Below, piece after piece: positions 61,301 to 64,000 of a stretch of 64,000 nucleotides of DNA. Every line of letters begins with the position of its first letter. The first letter of the stretch is position 1. Where the stretch lies: the NCBI GenBank assembly GCA_047495785.1, contig JBLDXI010000023.1, positions 62,001 to 126,000 on the forward strand. The letters run 5' to 3'. This stretch comes from Lepidodermella squamata. Lineage: Eukaryota > Animalia > Gastrotricha. The notes under the pieces were generated by a model, which searched no databases, was not told the origin of the DNA, and was given only the letters and a program-made list of their open reading frames with translations. The position numbers and the translations under genes are program-made.

Positions 61301-63354
61301 CTAGAAGGGTAACGCTTTGGGCAAAGCGAAGACAAGAATAGGACTGATAGCTATTGGAACTAACAGAAAAGTCAAGAAATAAAGAACGCGCCCTCCAGTC
61401 AGCGCAACAACAGCCGAGTTGAACATGAGCGGGAAAATGGTCATAAGCCAAACGATAGCCGAAATGATATACTCATAAGCTGTCCAAGTTTTATGACATT
61501 CATCGGGACATTTAAAACGGCCAGCAACCGGGATCATCACCTCGAGCAGAACAGTTGTGACGTAGAAGTAGTAGAGAGTCGGGATGAAGGTGACACAAAA
61601 GTGTCTAATCATAGCGATGATTCCAGCCAGCCACTTTGGTATTGGGATCCATGAGAAAACAAGCTTTTGTAGCGTCACTCCGATCGAATCGAAAATCAGT
61701 GGCCACCAAAGCCAGAAAAGGGAGAAAATGTAACTGCTGGCGATTTGAAGAGCTGTGGTAATAGCAACAACGAGGCTAACAATAACGAGAGCACCATCGA
61801 TGCAGGCGTCATGAGCACTTTGTAGGTCCTTGTCCACTTTAGAAATGATAAATCGATAGAATGACGCGTGAATAAGCACGCCGATAAACACAGAAGGGGA
61901 AACATGGGTGAAGATGAGCAGCCACGGCCGGAACCACATGAACAGCCGAACCGTACTGATGGTTTGCAAAAACGAGGCAAACATCAGAACTCCAAGTGTT
62001 GCCAAAAACGTGATGAATTGAGCAGACAGAGCTAAGCCGAAAGTCTTTAGATATAGAAATTGGCTAAAAACACCACGAATGATGATTCTTGCGACTACAA
62101 AAATGATGGCCAAGCTATTTAGGGCTATGCCAAAAGTTGAAAAACCATAGATTATCATTGAATAGCCGAACGCGTCGAAAAAGACTGGTCGATGAGATTT
62201 TCCAGCTGCTTTGCTGCCCAATCGACCATAATGCTTAACAGTTTCGTCATTTGCGAGAAATTTAGTGATGCCGTATATGTTGACACCAGCGCGTTGTATT
62301 GTCCCATCCGGAATTCGGTCAACCGTGTCGTGGGGCGTGTGATACACGTAGCTATTCGCGTAGTAAGCAATGTCGATGCCAGGCCATCGAGCCTGCTCCG
62401 TCCAAATGGTGTAGTCTGTATCTGACCCTACGAGACGAGACTGGTAAATCTCCTGGCCAAGCACAGTTCCAAATGGGTACTTTGCACCCTTGGAATACGC
62501 TTCAATCAGTCGATACGTATCAGGACCAGGCCCGCCTTGGAACAGCAACTCTCGCCCGCCGCTACCAACTGCGTCCAAGTTTATGAAGGTTTTAATGTCG
62601 CCGCGCCAAGGATCGGTTCCAGCAAAGACCTCAGCGCCCAACAGGCCTTTTTCTTCGCCTTCATTGAAGAGAAATATAACTGAATTCACAATCGGCGATT
62701 TAGAGGACAGCATCGCTCGGATAATCTCCATCACGAGTGCGCAATTCAATCCGTTGTCACTAGCTCCGGGGCCCTGAAATGATAAAAGCGGTAACTGTTG
62801 GAGAAGACCTTTTTCAAACATACCTCCTCTCCACTGTCATAATGACTATTTACAAGGACCGCAGAAATGTTAGTTCCATCAATGGGATCGATTCTTCCAA
62901 TAATATTCGTAGCATTATACCTGTTACCCGTCGGATTTCTGATTGCAACTGAAAACTTGAATGGTGCATCGTCAGGCAACAGTCGAGACAAATTTGTCAA
63001 ATAATCCGTTATGAAGGCGGCAGTTTGCTGCGAGTTATTTGATCCAAGTGGCCTGATACCAAAACTGAAAATGTTGTACAGAGATTTTCTCGCCCTAGCC
63101 ATTACGAATTGATCCGTGTCAAGTAGGTAACTCTCTACGTTTTCAGCTGGTATTCCGAATTGTGAAGACGGGTCAGGGACCGAGGGGAGTCTGCGTGTTT
63201 CAAGGTGCGCTGCTCCGTAAGTTAGGAGAGCAATGGCGAAGATTGCCAGGAGGTGTAACCAATTGAGCGGAGCCGTATCTTCAACGGGCTGGTCAGTCAC
63301 CAAGTTGACGCCTTTTTTGACGTGCCACTTTTCTCGAGTCGAGTTATCCCCCAT
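61301..63354 (-). CDS. ERMP1: ERMP1-like M28 membrane metallopeptidase, copy 2 (2 exons, ~667 aa, same C-terminal truncation)
   Basis: Exons 63354-62824 and 62773-61301 (50-nt intron at the same position as in copy 1). NSHYDS, GPGASDN, FLFNEGEE, FINLDAVGSGGRE, SDTDY, YVYHT and a multi-TM block. Start codon uncertain. Confidence 0.9.
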
Positions 63355-63726
63355 TGCAGTAACAGTTGTAAATGAGCTCAATTAGGGAAGGAATAATTTC
63401 ATTTGGAAAGATAAGGAGGACTTTTTACTTTATGATGCGCGATTTTTGCTAAAATAATTCACCACCTGGGCATGTAACTCCGATACCGCATTCAAGGCCT
63501 CGACTTGCAGCGTGAATCTTATCTCCTTATCGAGAAAAGCATCAGCGATAAGCAGTCACGTTATCAGTCACGCATAGTTCGTGTGCGTACACTCAGATAA
63601 CAGATAATTCAGCGTCAATATTTCTAGAATCTTGAAATCATCAAGACATAACAATGAAATTAAATGGAGGACAACGAATTGTGATATCCTCCAAAGTGAG
63701 AGAGCCGTGTTGATCTGGAGATTTAT

Positions 63727-64000
63727 TTATTTAAGGGAAAGATACCCCAGCATTATAATGTTGAACGAAATATTGCAAACGCAGAAGAGAAAAAAGGCCA
63801 CAATGTCGATAACAATGAAGACTGGGACTGCCACCACTGCAACACCTGACTTTTCTATAAGCTTTATCGTGGAAAATCCTGCAAAAACCGCACATGATCG
63901 CAGAGTATGTCGAAGTAGCCATGGCGAACATGATGACGCCAAGGATGTAGAACGAATTTAAGATATGTTGGGGTGACTGAGGAACAGCGGCCGAGAACAG
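63727..64000 (-). other. Possible 3' part of a membrane-protein gene entering from beyond the window
   Basis: Hydrophobic stretches in two minus frames (FYILGVIMFAMA..., VAVVAVPVFIVIDIVAFFLF...). No family recognised. Confidence 0.25.

Noticed and set aside
1-64000. Prokaryotic operon, CRISPR array or defence system
   Set aside because: Spliceosomal introns, animal-type GPCRs and eukaryotic TEs throughout; no regularly spaced repeat-spacer array seen.

Overview
Eukaryotic, most likely invertebrate animal, genomic DNA with compact GT-AG introns of about 50-60 nt. The window is dominated by a birth-and-death tandem array of about 12 divergent class C GPCR genes of GABA-B architecture (signal peptide, Venus-flytrap/ANF-receptor domain, no cysteine-rich domain, 7TM, short tail), plus two relic fragments. 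They fall into three subfamilies: A (4 loci, multi-intron), B (3 loci, 4 introns) and C (5 loci, intronless). Six look intact; the rest are frameshifted, truncated or hit by transposons. The GABA/amino-acid-binding serines are largely lost and each subfamily has its own cysteine pattern, so the array looks like a lineage-specific, possibly chemosensory, receptor repertoire. Two oppositely oriented ERMP1-like M28 metallopeptidase genes, both truncated at the same point after the last TM helix, lie in and beside the array. Many TEs are present: MITEs with exact TIRs and TSDs (hAT/P-, Mutator- and TA-type), three 5'-truncated non-LTR 3' ends, and a nested TE island at about 43-55.9 kb. The island holds a Penelope-like element with a hammerhead ribozyme, a LINE APE-endonuclease fragment and a decayed Mutator/NOF-type transposase with an OTU-like tail. 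All family assignments come from motif recognition by eye, not from database searches.
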